Part shown: positions 48,023 to 59,874 of the stretch, one piece after another
Numbering within the stretch: the first letter of the stretch is position 1
Layout: every line of letters begins with the position of its first letter
Origin: Lepidodermella squamata
Taxonomy: Eukaryota > Animalia > Gastrotricha
Direction of reading: 5' to 3'
Assembly (NCBI GenBank): GCA_047495785.1
Contig: JBLDXI010000029.1
Location: forward strand, 3,348,001 to 3,412,000
DNA: 64,000 bases
Position numbers and translations under genes: made by a program
The notes under the pieces: model-generated
Databases searched by the model: none
What the model saw: the letters and a program-made list of their open reading frames with translations, nothing else
What the model was told of the DNA's origin: nothing

Positions 48023-48369
48023 CCATTCGAAGCGGCAGTATTAATTATTAATATTCATACAGCAAATTATTCATATTGGAAACTGATTGAGTGTCTTGCG
48101 ATTTAATTTATTTGATTGGAAAAATGAACTGGCGAGTAAACTCAGTTTTTCTCCTCCGACGTGCTACGAGGGCGGTAATTTGTCTAGATTTAGCGAATAT
48201 ATATATGCCTAATCCAAGTGCCAAAATATCAGGTTACGTTAGGTAATCTCAATATCTCTAGCTAATCAGAAGGACTGACAAATTACGAAACATGTAAAAG
48301 ACTCGATTTCACAATCATCCAAAGTCAGTTCGTTATCTTTTGCCAAATCATAAAATCGAGTTTCTAGAC

Positions 48370-50709
48370 ATGCGGCGTGCTGCATTTTTGTTTCAAGTTT
48401 TACTGGCTCTATTCGAAACTTTGAACGGCCGAGCAGCTGTTTTAAAGCCGTATCGACTATCAGTGTACAGTTCGTTTCTCATAACAGGTGCGGAACCTTC
48501 AACCTCAGAGTGCTGCATAGCCGCCACTAAATTTGTAGTTGAACACATCAACAATCGAACTGACATTCTACCGGATTACACTCTCGATTTGTTTATCGAT
48601 GACGAAAAGGTCAATAATTGGATGGGGCCAAGGCTTTTCATGAAATACCTTGACAACTACGAGAAACAAGCCGCGGATGGTCAGACCTACTTGTCACCAG
48701 TTATGCTAGGTCCGATGTCGGTTTGCAACAACTTCGCCCTAGCTGCTAGAATATCAGGATTCTCCATGTTTTCAACACTGTGCAACAGCCCTCAAATTGC
48801 ATGGAAGAGGTCACTTTACCCAAATGTTTTCAGCAGCCGAAGTCCGGCCGATGAATACGCATCTGCTTGGGTGATGGTCGTAAAGACGATAGGACGCTGG
48901 AAGCAAATCGGAATGCTTCACAACTCAGCTAATCCTAACGACATAGCTTCCACACTACCCCTTGAACGTTTCTTTGTTGAGCATGGAGTCGATGTAATCT
49001 ATTCCGATGTAACGATCCTTTACTCTGACGATTACGTAATCGCTGCGAAGCAAAGCAAAGCTCGAATTTTCGTCGTTGGCTCATCGCAACTCGCGTCATG
49101 TGTTGCGTTGCTGTGTTTGGCTTACAAGCATGGGATGCGAGCTCCTCATTACGTTTTCATTGTCAATTTCTACTGCCACTTCCAACCTGAATCTGTCACC
49201 CAATGCCCATTCGAGCATATCATCGCAATGTTGAGAGCAACTTTTTACGTCGGTACTTTCACGAATCCCTTGAGGCCATTAGACATGAAAACAAGCTTGG
49301 GATACACAGCTCGGCAATATGAAGAAAGTTTTTTCAAGTATGTAAATTATACTCGTTGCTTTGATTGGGAGTTTCGGCTCAGTTGCCACGATTCTGCTAT
49401 GACTGGATTGATCGCCCTAAATAGGACTGAAACTTATCTGCGGCAAAATTTCAACAAAAACATTCGTGATTTTAAGAATAATCCGGAATTATTCACTCAT
49501 ATTGTCGGCAACAGCGCAATTGAGCCTGAAATGGCGGGGGTGACTAGAGGTCCAATAAGGTATTCGAAATCCCGGGACATAATTGGGGATACGGTCTTCA
49601 TAGCACAACGCTGGTCGCAAAATTTATTGAAACTATACTACACGATGGAAAGAATCGACCCAAAGATAACCTTGCCAACAAATTACTCAAATTATGATTT
49701 GAAGCGATTCCCGACAAATGATACGCTGATCTGGTTGACCAAGTCAGGCCGGCCCCCGAAAGATCTATCAGAAATCCAGCAAAGGGTGGTTGTCTACCCG
49801 GTGAAAACTATGATTGTAGCCATAGTGATCTCAGGAATTTGTGTAGTTTATCTCCTTCTTTTGGCCGCCCTTTCGCTAAAGAGGAAATTATCCCGGCAAT
49901 CTTCCTGTTACTTTGATTATCTTAACAACGCAATCCTCCTTATTGGATGTCTATTCATGTGTGTCCAGTCAGTCTTAATGGTTGTTGGTATGAATTATTT
50001 CCCTGCTGAGTTGTGTAACTGGAGGAAGGTTTTCCTAATGCTTGGTCTAGCTCTAATCAATGGGGTTTTGTGCTTCCGAATGATATTTCTGCCAAGTTTC
50101 ATCCGCCATCACGAAAATGGCAAAAATTCTCAGAAAAACGGTATGAAGAAAGATGTTCGGCCATCATTTCGCTCGAATTCAGCACTTCACGGCAGAATTT
50201 CAGTGATAAACGGGACACTTTCTGGAAAGTCAGCTGGAGAGAAAAATGTCTTCTATGGCACATTGTTCATCTTTATATTGACGCTCGCTGGCTTGATCGT
50301 TTGGTCCGTTATACACCCAGTTCGGCTGTTATCACGTGTTTCTTCCCTTCAGTTCGATGACGAGGAGGATACGTATTTCGAAATTCGTGACGAGCTATGC
50401 TACTCGCCTTATCAAATCTACTGGACAGCCGCGTATTTGGTCATCCATGTGTTCCTTCTAATCATCGGATGCATTTTCGCGTATGAAACACGCCATTCTA
50501 AAGTCGTCCCGGAGTTTCAGATGCATGTTAGATTAGCTAGGTTGTCTGTTGTAAATGCTGCTACCATTGCTATGGCAGCCATTTTGCTGGTCTTTTCGTT
50601 ACCAGGAGCCGGGGTCTATCTTCAGATTTCTGTTTTAACGTTCTGCTGTTTGATTTATGCCACTAGCTCTGCGTCTATCGTCTCATTCCCGGTTTTCAAG
50701 GTTAAGTAG
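48370..50709 (+). CDS. Class C GPCR, GABA-B-type, intronless; copy 5
   Basis: Intact ORF with the same architecture; first ATG at 48370. Confidence 0.88.
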   Translation: MRRAAFLFQVLLALFETLNGRAAVLKPYRLSVYSSFLITGAEPSTSECCIAATKFVVEHINNRTDILPDYTLDLFIDDEKVNNWMGPRLFMKYLDNYEKQAADGQTYLSPVMLGPMSVCNNFALAARISGFSMFSTLCNSPQIAWKRSLYPNVFSSRSPADEYASAWVMVVKTIGRWKQIGMLHNSANPNDIASTLPLERFFVEHGVDVIYSDVTILYSDDYVIAAKQSKARIFVVGSSQLASCVALLCLAYKHGMRAPHYVFIVNFYCHFQPESVTQCPFEHIIAMLRATFYVGTFTNPLRPLDMKTSLGYTARQYEESFFKYVNYTRCFDWEFRLSCHDSAMTGLIALNRTETYLRQNFNKNIRDFKNNPELFTHIVGNSAIEPEMAGVTRGPIRYSKSRDIIGDTVFIAQRWSQNLLKLYYTMERIDPKITLPTNYSNYDLKRFPTNDTLIWLTKSGRPPKDLSEIQQRVVVYPVKTMIVAIVISGICVVYLLLLAALSLKRKLSRQSSCYFDYLNNAILLIGCLFMCVQSVLMVVGMNYFPAELCNWRKVFLMLGLALINGVLCFRMIFLPSFIRHHENGKNSQKNGMKKDVRPSFRSNSALHGRISVINGTLSGKSAGEKNVFYGTLFIFILTLAGLIVWSVIHPVRLLSRVSSLQFDDEEDTYFEIRDELCYSPYQIYWTAAYLVIHVFLLIIGCIFAYETRHSKVVPEFQMHVRLARLSVVNAATIAMAAILLVFSLPGAGVYLQISVLTFCCLIYATSSASIVSFPVFKVK

Positions 50710-51185
50710 TTGAAGATTAGCTCAGATTTATTGTAATCGCCATTTTTTACAAGTACACTACCAGGTTGCTAATGAAAATTAAAAATATGATATTAACAAA
50801 TGAACAAGTTTGCACATCGTGAGATTTTTATGCCACTTTCAAGGTCAACGAATCAAGAGTCGAACTCTATCAAAAAGAATTGGAACGCAAATTGAGCGAA
50901 ACTGAAAATGTTTGTGTCTGTTGTTGAGCTAATCAAAACTGGGAAGCAGTGTAAAAGATAGGAGTTTTTCAGATAATTAATGAAACAGCCAAACGATGTA
51001 AAAATTGATAAGAGCAATCTACGCTTACATTAGCAGAATGCACAATGAATAATATTGAAAAAAACAGTGAATCATCTTTATTATCCCAAACACTATAAGT
51101 CACCGAAACTTTTCTATCATAATTCATTCTCTTCAGTCTAACAATTTCAAAATTCGATAAGCTGAGTAAAATTCTAAATTCTAAA

Positions 51186-52513
51186 ATGGCTCCCCTGTTA
51201 CCTGCTCAAACTGGTTAGAGTTTTTCACAAGCCGTCGATCCTTTTCTCAATAAATTGATGTTTTCAGGCTCTGCTGTCGCAGATGGAGATGGCAATAAAG
51301 ATTATGTAATTTGCGATGTTGAAGGTTGTGGCAAGAAAAGCGATTCTTTTGGAAGCTCAACGATCTCTTCTCTGCCGAAGCAAATCTATTCTAGCGCAGC
51401 CGTTACCATGGTAAGTCTTAAATTTCATCTGAAGTAGTGCAATCTTCTACATTTTTCTGCCGATTCAGAATCACAGGAATCAAGGACTAAGCGAGGAGAA
51501 AAGAATCGGTATCCAAAATCAATTGATCCTGATTTTGCATGCTCATAAGTGTGAAAAACGAAATGCCATTGCAAAGTCGATAGCAGCAAGTTTTGCTGGC
51601 ACTGCAACAAACCAGACTTTTCCGGACTGTAGAATCTCTCATTGTCGACTAATGAAAGACGTTATCAGCCACCTGAAAGGCTGCAGGGATGATAAGTATT
51701 GCACCTGTAAGTTTAAGCTTTCGATTTGGTTTCGAATATTACATATTACCTAAGATTGAATCGATTTTAGACAAAAGCTGCTTGTCGACGCGGCAAATAA
51801 TTAAACATTGGCAGTTGTGCAGGGACGAGGAGTGTCCGGTGTGTGCGGAAGTTCGGGCGCTGAGTCTCTTGCGGAAGCCTGTTTTCGATTCGAAAGTTTT
51901 CCGAAAAACATCTTGTCATAACGACCCTGGAGGCTCTGGCACCGTTATTCCCATTCAAGCTAGTACATCAACTTGGCAGAAAGAATTCGGCACTGAAGCT
52001 AGGCAGGCTGCTCTCAATCAATTCATGCAAGAATTAAGGGTGAACAGTGGGGGCTACAGTGACTTGGAGGCTTTGCGCAAGTTTGCCGTTCAAACCGAAG
52101 CTGAAATTTTCACCCGATCTGATAAATCTGAGCAGTACTTTTTTTACTGGCTGAGAAGCTCTACACTGCCTCGAAAGAACTCTTGCATACTGGAGGAAAT
52201 GGTAAGTGTTGAAGACATTTTTGTAAACACTTTTACATGTTTTGTTTCTTACTCCTTAAAGCGGAAAATATAAATGGTGAGACTTCTCAATGCCCGATTT
52301 GTTACTTGGACATCGTAAAACTCGGTTGCAGTTCGAGGCGATTGATTTGTGGACATGGTAAATTTGAATTTGCATTTCTTCACCTCATTTCCTTATATCG
52401 ATGTTTATCATCTAGCTTATCATATGGCATGCATCAACCGCTGGCTGAGAGGGAGTGACAATTGCCCAACTTGTAGAGCTATTGTACAGTCGCACTCAAC
52501 AAGTAAACTGTAG
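51186..52513 (+). CDS. CBP/p300-derived TAZ zinc finger + KIX domain + RING-H2 protein (one apparent 1-nt frameshift in T7 at 52139-52145)
   Basis: Exons 51186-51213, 51268-51410, 51469-51706, 51771-52201, 52262-52357, 52416-52513. TAZ1-like IQNQLILILHAHKC..HCRLMKDVISHLKGC..C..CLSTRQIIKHWQLCRDEECPVC; KIX-like WQKEF..EAEIFTRSDKSEQYF(F)LLAEKLY..KEL; RING-H2 CPIC..CGH.YH..C..W....CPTCR. Confidence 0.8.
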
Positions 52514-52686
52514 TTCTTGCGCGTGCTTGAAATCTTGAAATTCTAGCAATAATTTGAATATCATCATTGTGATTCTATTATTATTCAATATGAACTGATT
52601 GAAAACATGTTTGCAGTCGGAAATAAATTACCCAAAATTATGAGTTTTCAATTTGACATTCATTCATTCATATACCATAAAAGGGT

Positions 52687-53139
52687 TCACATCATTCGTA
52701 CGAACGATGCAATGGCATGTTTAATTTCCTTGCTCTAGTTCAGTTTTACAAAAGCCCCCGTCGGGTTACCTTCATCTAGCCCCTACTCTCGGGGGTGTGG
52801 GGGCGAAGCCCCCAAAAGAAGAAAGGGGGCAAGGGCCTGACAAGGGAAAACAACGTGAAATTTGAATTCCACGAATCCCTGCCAAATCCCACCAATCTTC
52901 AGCTAAAAAATTGGCCAGTTCAAAACATCTCACATCATTCGTATCAACGATATGATGGCATAACTAATGCCAAACCTTAATCCTGTCAAAAAATGCTCAC
53001 ATCATTCGTAAGTATGATGCGATGGCTTACCCGAATGCCGTACTTTGGCTCTCTCCTGAAAATACACCGCGGACTGAAGCCGAAACATGGGCCAGTTGGA
53101 AAAATATCACATCCTTCCTATGAACAATATGACGGTATG
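52687..53139. repeat. Four degenerate copies of a ~33-bp motif TCACATCATTCGTA..ACGAT..GATGGC
   Basis: Copies start near 52687, 52930, 52997 and 53107 at irregular spacing; a GGGGGCGAAGCCCCC hairpin lies at ~52800-52814. Confidence 0.6.
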
Positions 53140-53993
53140 TAATTTAGGTTAACTCAGGCAATCGTATGAGAACCTTATGAGTTCGCCAAGTAGAATAGTC
53201 GTAACTCTGGCAGTCGTAGGAGTGCCCAAGGCGTTGACTTGAAACATATCTGGCTAAGGTAGATCGCAAATCGCAAGCATCTGATACGTGTCTCAATCGA
53301 ATTTGAATTATGAAAAATCAGCAATTAGAAGACACGCGCTTCTCAATACGGAATTTCTCAGATTGAATAAGTAACTGGAACATTTATACTGATAGCAGTG
53401 CTATTTGTCGCAAGATTCGATACAGGTAAATGCGAGCAACATTCGGGCCTCTAGACCACGGTAATCGAATTCGCCGACCTTGATTTACCCACTCCTATAA
53501 CGACAGGCAAAATAACATTTCTGAAAGCACTCATAAGACACTTTGGGGTTTCCCGTCTTTTGATGAGGATGTAAGTCTCCTAGATTTTTGAATTTTGCAC
53601 AATTTTTACCATAGCCGAGAAAATCACACAATAGAGCAATCAAATTACCCGCCCAATGAGAAAAACCTTTCGGCCCGATAATTTTTATTTCCAAAATGAA
53701 AATATTCGCCGAAAAATCCGTTCGCGTTCAATTGTTCTAATTACGGGCTCTATTGTGAGATTTTCCCGGCCTCGGTAAAAAGTGGCTGCGCTATGTGTAA
53801 ATTCAGAATTCTGAAGAAAAGCTGCGTTGAAACTTATTGGAATCCAAGAATCGTCCCTCTTCAAGCCAACACACATTTTGTGCTGGAAAATAAAGAAACT
53901 TCACCAAACTCACCCCACTTTTCACTTGTTAAGGGCAAATCATAATATTATCAAAAATAATTTCCATTCACATAATTGCACGCCGGTAGAATA

Positions 53994-54093
53994 TACCGTA
54001 GTTACCGAAATAGAAGCCTGGGCGGCACTACAAAGAACATCAAAGTGCCGACAAAGAGGTGCCGCCTAGGCTTCTATTTCGGTAACTACGGTA
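53994..54093. mobile_element. 100-bp Tc1/mariner-pogo type MITE
   Basis: 35-bp TIRs starting TACCGTAGTTACCG (1 mismatch) flanked by TA on both sides. Confidence 0.8.
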
Positions 54094-54507
54094 TAAGTTG
54101 ATCTGCGTTTCCTTTGAAAATCTTAGGACACGCTCAAGTGTAATTTTGGGATTACGTTGTCTGGTTTAGTACGAATCTAAAAAATGTCATCTCTCACTGA
54201 GACAAGCCGGTTATATACTGTGCATTTTTTAAGTTTCGTCAATTACTTTCCAGTTTATTTTCTTAGTTTGAGGTTTGCACCTTGGTTGATGTTTGGACAT
54301 CCTTACTTATATATCCAGCATTAATCTTCGATAATTGCCGCTGAGAGTAAGAGCGGGCGGTACGCTCTTATATTATCTTTCTAAATTCCTTAAAGTGGGA
54401 GCCCAGACAACAACAAGAAACCGAAAACATTTTAGGGAAAATTACTCGGACTCGAACTCGTACGAAGTCCCGTCTCAGAAATCCAACTCCCTTTCAGAGG
54501 CATAAAC

Positions 54508-57021
54508 ATGAAACTTTTAGCGATTGTCTATTTTCAACTGATAACATGCGGTTTAGCCCTGAAACCGTATCGCCTCAACGTTTTGAAAATGATCCCATTC
54601 ACAGGTAGTTGATCTAAGTAAACAAATCACCCCAAACCTCAATTTCTCATTTGATACAGGAGCCGAGCCCAAGAAAGGGCTAAGCTGCCGTGATGGAGCA
54701 AGCGTGGCGTTCGATTTCGCGAACAGTCGCCCGGACATTCTGCCAGACTATCACATTGAAGCTCAGTACGAGGACGAATTCGTCGGAAACACTGCTGCGA
54801 GAGCTACGATTTCATACGCCAGAAGTTTCGAAGCTTCGAACCCGCGTAACTCATCGAATCTAGCCTCGGGTTACCAATCACCCATAATACTAGGGCCGCA
54901 TTACACTACAGGGTGCAAGGCGGTGGGACCCCTGCTACCTCACATTAAATCCGTAGGGGTTAGTACGTACTGCGGGGCTCCGTTTCTCTCCGATCACAGT
55001 TTGTACCCAAATTTATACCTCATGATCCAAACAAATCGCTTTACCGCTTTCGTTTACATTCGATTCCTGCGTGAAGTTGGAAAATGGAACCGTTTCGCTT
55101 TAATAACCAACGCGGCAAGTGTGAATGATTATCTAACAGCGATATTCGTTCAAAAAGCCGCGTTGGAAAATGGATTTTCCGTACCCTGGTTCGAAATAGT
55201 CACTGACATAACCGATGAAGCCGTTTCGAGTCTGAAATCCGGAGATTTTCGGGTTATAGTCATGTTTTCGGCCTCTGACCGTTTCACATGGCGACTTTTG
55301 TGCCAAACCTACAAAGTTGGTATTACAGGACCTAAGTACGCCCTTGTTGTCACCTACATCACCTACAGCGACCCATACGCCCTACCAGACGAGCCATTTC
55401 CTGGCTGTAAACGTTCCATGATCATCGAACAGTTGAAGATAACGTTCTGGTTGAGTTTTGTCCTTACCCCAGAAGACATGAAACTAACCTCCCAGCTCGG
55501 TTATAACGTAGCTGAGTTCGAAGCTATATTAGACGAGAAAACCAACAAATCGCGACCTGCCGATTACCAAAACCGATTTCTATGCCATGACACCGCTTTG
55601 AAGGGAATCTATGCGCTGGACGATGCTGAGAAACGTTTGAAGGCAATGAATCTATCGCTGCGAGACTTTTCGAAATACCCGGACTTGGTCATGCAAGTCG
55701 CGAATATCTCAGTCCAAACGACCCAGGTTAACGGTTTGAGAGTTGGCCCGATGAGGTACGGGAAGACTTTGATGCAAGAAACCGATGCGGCCATTATTGG
55801 CTACTGGAATCCAACGAGGGGCCTGGAGTACATGGGGATGATAAAACAAATCCCTGATACCCCGGAATTCGTCTACTCCAGCTATTCAATCCAAATGTTG
55901 AGACCCATAGTTTGGCTAACGAGAAACGGCCTACCCCCGAAGGATCAAATCACAGCTAGGAACATCATCGCCGAAGTCTCATCCAGTACTTTGATCGCAG
56001 TCTCATTTTTCGCTGGAATCATCGGTTTCGTTCAAGTCATCTTGCTAGCAATCACTCTGTGGATTCGTGAAAAGGAACGATGTATCAAACGCTTCTCAGA
56101 CAGTAAGATTCTCGGCCTATTGGGCAGCCTGATAATCGATGCTTCATCAATTTTGTTCTGCATCGAGACAAACCCATCGCCCTATCTACTTTGGGTCCTT
56201 CGATTAGTCACGATAGTCGTGGGACTATCCATTACCCACGGCGTATTTATTCTCAGACCTACAACAATCAATCGTTGGTTTAGTAGTAGAACGCACCGTG
56301 CAATTGGCCCATCGAAATCGAGGAAAAGCGTTTACGGTGGTAAGGAAGATACAGCAAATAGCCAGCAGTTGAGTTTCAACGACTTGAAACCTCCGGAAGA
56401 AACGCAGAGGAAGTCGATCATCAACTCCCCACTCCCGGAAGCGGATGTCTCGCGATTGAAGACACCGTCACGTTTGAGTACGGTGGGCAATAATTTGAAG
56501 CAGTCGAAAAGTGTTGCGCTGATCCCGGATGAAAGCTGGCGCCGATTTGATACTTACACCTGTATCGGAACTGTGATATTCACGCTTTTCAACGCAGTTC
56601 TCTTCTTCATATGGCTGGTTGCTGATCCTTTGATTTGCGAACTTGTCGAGGCGGGGTCTTACTACATCGAACAGGAAGATACACTGGTAGAAGTACTTAA
56701 TTCCAGCTGCCGGGGTAAATCTATGTTGGCCTGGATGTTGTCTTTCGTCTTCATTCACATAGCTTTTCTGTTCTTCGGAGTGTACAAGTCGTACTACCTT
56801 GGCAGGCAAAATGGGAGATTCTCGTCCCGGAGTTCGCAATGTTGCGCTTTGGAATTGCTAATGCCACAACGTTACTTTGCGGAATTCTGTTGATTGTCAT
56901 CATTATTCGAAATTTGATCGGTCAGCAAATCGCTGTGGCGGTTGGGTTGCTTTTAACATCTGCACTCACGACCCTCAGCTGGTACATTCAGTTCGTCCGG
57001 GAAAAGATGTGGCGATCTTGA
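54508..57021 (+). CDS. Divergent class C GPCR (GABA-B-type) with one intron and an apparent 1-nt frameshift before TM6
   Basis: Exon 1 54508-54604 (MKLLAIVYFQLITCGLALKPYRL..), intron 54605-54659. TM6-TM7 (EILVPEFAMLRFGIANATT...) lie in the -1 frame from about 56800-56815. Pseudogene or consensus error. Confidence 0.75.
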
Positions 57022-57720
57022 AGTCTCGGGACAAAGTTGTTTTTCGTAATCTGAAACTAATCTTGCCGGTCTCATTAGTCTTAATGTTGTCACTTCGCAC
57101 CTAGAATCATCAAAATAAATTGTACTTTTGCAGTATTAATATCATAAAATGGTTCGTTGCAGACACCTCACTAGTTAAATGGCGTTTTACACCAATACTA
57201 CAGTTTTCCCTTTTAATTATTATAAGAGGGATTTAATGACGGTCTCTCCAGTACTCATCATAAGAGTATTGAAGAATCGATCAAGGATCCAGGTTTTCTG
57301 TCCGTTGCGAACAAACATGTTGCATGAGTTCCTAGAATATAGTCGAAGAGATGGACGGACATGGATAAAATGGGAAATCAGCGTACAAAGTAGGATCCTT
57401 GAGCTAGCACTCTCGGCTATTTTTGGCCCAAGAGGGTTGTCTATTGCGCTGGGGGTGGGGGTACGGAACCCCTCGTACTTCGAATCAATCGAAAAACATC
57501 GGGTTTCTATTTGGAATGTTCAGCTTTCATGGACTGAATTCTCGTATGGCATTCGAAAGCATATAAATTATTCTGAGATCTGGAAGTTGAATGGTAGTAA
57601 ATTTTTAAATGTTTCCAGTTTTAACCAGTCCATCATTATAACCTGATAATATCATTGGGGTAATTTATTACATTCTAAGAAAAAACTGCCGTTTAAAGAT
57701 TTGGTACTAATTCTTAGTAA

Positions 57721-59874
57721 TTAGTCTCTACAGAAAGGAACAATCCATTTGTCATCACCAATATGCTCACAGATCAGCAGTACTGAAGCCGCCACTTTTG
57801 TGCATTTCGGATAGTCGCTCAGTACGAATTCCTTTTTACCATCACACAACTTCGGCAGTGCCATAGGATCGCTATTGCGCGCTATTGTGTCAATAAATTG
57901 ACCACTAGCTATCAAGACTGACGGTCCAGTTTCATTACGAATCCCGCAACCACCGATTAGGTAAGACGCATCTTTAACTGTAAGACCTTGATCCAAGGCC
58001 TTCGGATTTGGGAGAAGTTGCGTCTTAGAAATATCTCCGCCAATCGACAGGTAGAAAACCATCGATAGCTGAAATTTCATATCTAAAATAGTTTGAAGGC
58101 AGTCAACTTGAGTTTTCGCTTCCAGCGCAGTAACTCCCCAAGTTTCGACCAAAGGCACAAATTCAGCTGGGTGGATACAAAATATTCTCCGGCTAAAGTA
58201 AGGCCGATATAGATTCTCGACATTGAACGCTTCCCGGCCGGAATTATGACCAAGCCAAACGATTAGAATGGCAGTTTTAGGTTTTATCAGAGATTGAATC
58301 GTAGGGTCAGAAACATTTGGGCATTGCTTATTGGCAGCCTCGCCAGATTTGAGGTAAGATGTTGGGGCAGTGTTTTTCGAGGTCTGATTCGATGATTTAA
58401 TCAAAGGCTGTTCGTAAGGGTAGAACTCAAGCAGGGTTTTCTCATTCTCACGGCAGTCCAGCCGTTCACTACGCTGCGGGAATTCGTATCCAACCCTCCT
58501 TAAATCTTCCAGCCAGGCTATCGAGATCTTTGGGTCATAATCCTCGAGCATGGACTTTGATTTAGCCAGGTCTTTGAACAGCTGTCGGTAGCATTGCATA
58601 AAGCTTAATTCAACCGGCTTGCATTGCCAATTTGATAGAAACTTGATGAGTTTGCTCGATCGGCCGTGGAAATCAACTTCAGCGCTTAGATCCATCGGAT
58701 TCTCGCTTGGAGTTCGAATCGCATTAGGAGGTGTGAATCCTATTCTAGCGCCGGAGAGCCATAACAAAGGTTGATTGATATACGAGCGAAGAATATCAGC
58801 CTCTCGATCATTCTTAACATTACAAAACAATTTCATCATTCATCTTTCATAACTAGTTATCGAAACTTACAAGTTTATCGAATATCGGGAAGAAAAGAGC
58901 AGGGAAAGCGTCGTGGGTGAACAGCGTGTTCTGTGAGTTGGAAAGCGCGAAGAAATTCTCAGGCACAGCAACCTTTGTTGATTCATCAAACGAGTAAGTT
59001 TGTCCTGGGTCGAATTTCTTTCTTAGAACTGCAAGAACCCCGTCAAGATCAACATCTCCTTCCGTCAAACCTTGCACCCAAGACGGTGGCCTCGAATCGC
59101 AAAGCTTGTATCGCCTCATCGCAGGCTTCGCTATCTCTTGAAGTGGGAAACCACGTGGCCAGAGACTAGACTGGCCGAAATGAGGTAGATGATTGATGAC
59201 AGGGAGCGACTCGCCCTGTTTCTGAGCATCGAAGTACAGCATTTTGACTTGCTTCGACCGAGCGCCATTCTTCTCATGGCCTGTAACATCAAGCAGGGTT
59301 TGAAGATTGTCAACGACCTTTGTATTGTTATCCGTGTCGTAAATCAATTTCGCACCATGTTGAATGGCGAAGAGATAAGCCGAATTTTTAATCGAGGCGT
59401 AGCTTTTCGTACTGTTATGGTTTAAGCTTTTGAAACCGAGAGTCCGGGCCTCTTCGAAGGAAAGAAGACGAATGTGGTCGGGTGGGGACCATCCCTCTGG
59501 TTTGTCACCGGCTACGAGTAACCGCCAATTAGTTGATTTTGACAGCTCAACTTGATGCCTCAAATGTTCTGCCGAACACTGGAAATTAAAAACACTGCTT
59601 AAAATCGGAGATTTCCTCAAAATCCAACCTTCGAACAAACTACGACGATCCAACGTTCGGAAAGCTTTTCATTCGGCAGGGGTTTGAGAAATTGGCTTGA
59701 GTTGCTGATGTAACTGTCGTTGATTTCATTGAAGGTTTCGAGAACTGAGATTGCTGGAGGGCCCTCCGATAAGTCTTTGTTGTAACTTGTGATGTAGTGG
59801 AGAAAAAGTAAGATAACTAGTAGGTTTGGCAGTGCGATCAAGAGTTTTTTCACCAGTTGATTCTTTCGTCGCAT
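57721..59874 (-). CDS. STELLO-like (DUF288) Golgi glycosyltransferase, 3 exons
   Basis: Type II TM; RWIVV, WRLLVAGDKP, SYASIKNSAYLFAIQHGAKLIYDTD, WPRGFPL, NSQNTLF, DILRSY..QPLLW; introns 59628-59579 and 58870-58813 join the three ORFs. Confidence 0.85.

Noticed and set aside
52136-52148. Canonical -1 ribosomal slippery site UUUUUUA
   Set aside because: The zero-frame codons are TAC TTT TTT TAC, so the heptamer is not phased as X XXY YYZ.
52687-53139. CRISPR-like repeat-spacer array
   Set aside because: Repeats are degenerate, spacing is irregular (about 243, 67 and 110 bp), no cas genes are present and the context is eukaryotic.
57179-57646. 155-aa ORF
   Set aside because: No motif or splice support; it lies between convergent 3' ends.
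57721-59874. Frameshifted pseudogene suggested by three separate ORFs
   Set aside because: Two canonical GT-AG introns (50 and 58 nt) join them in frame.
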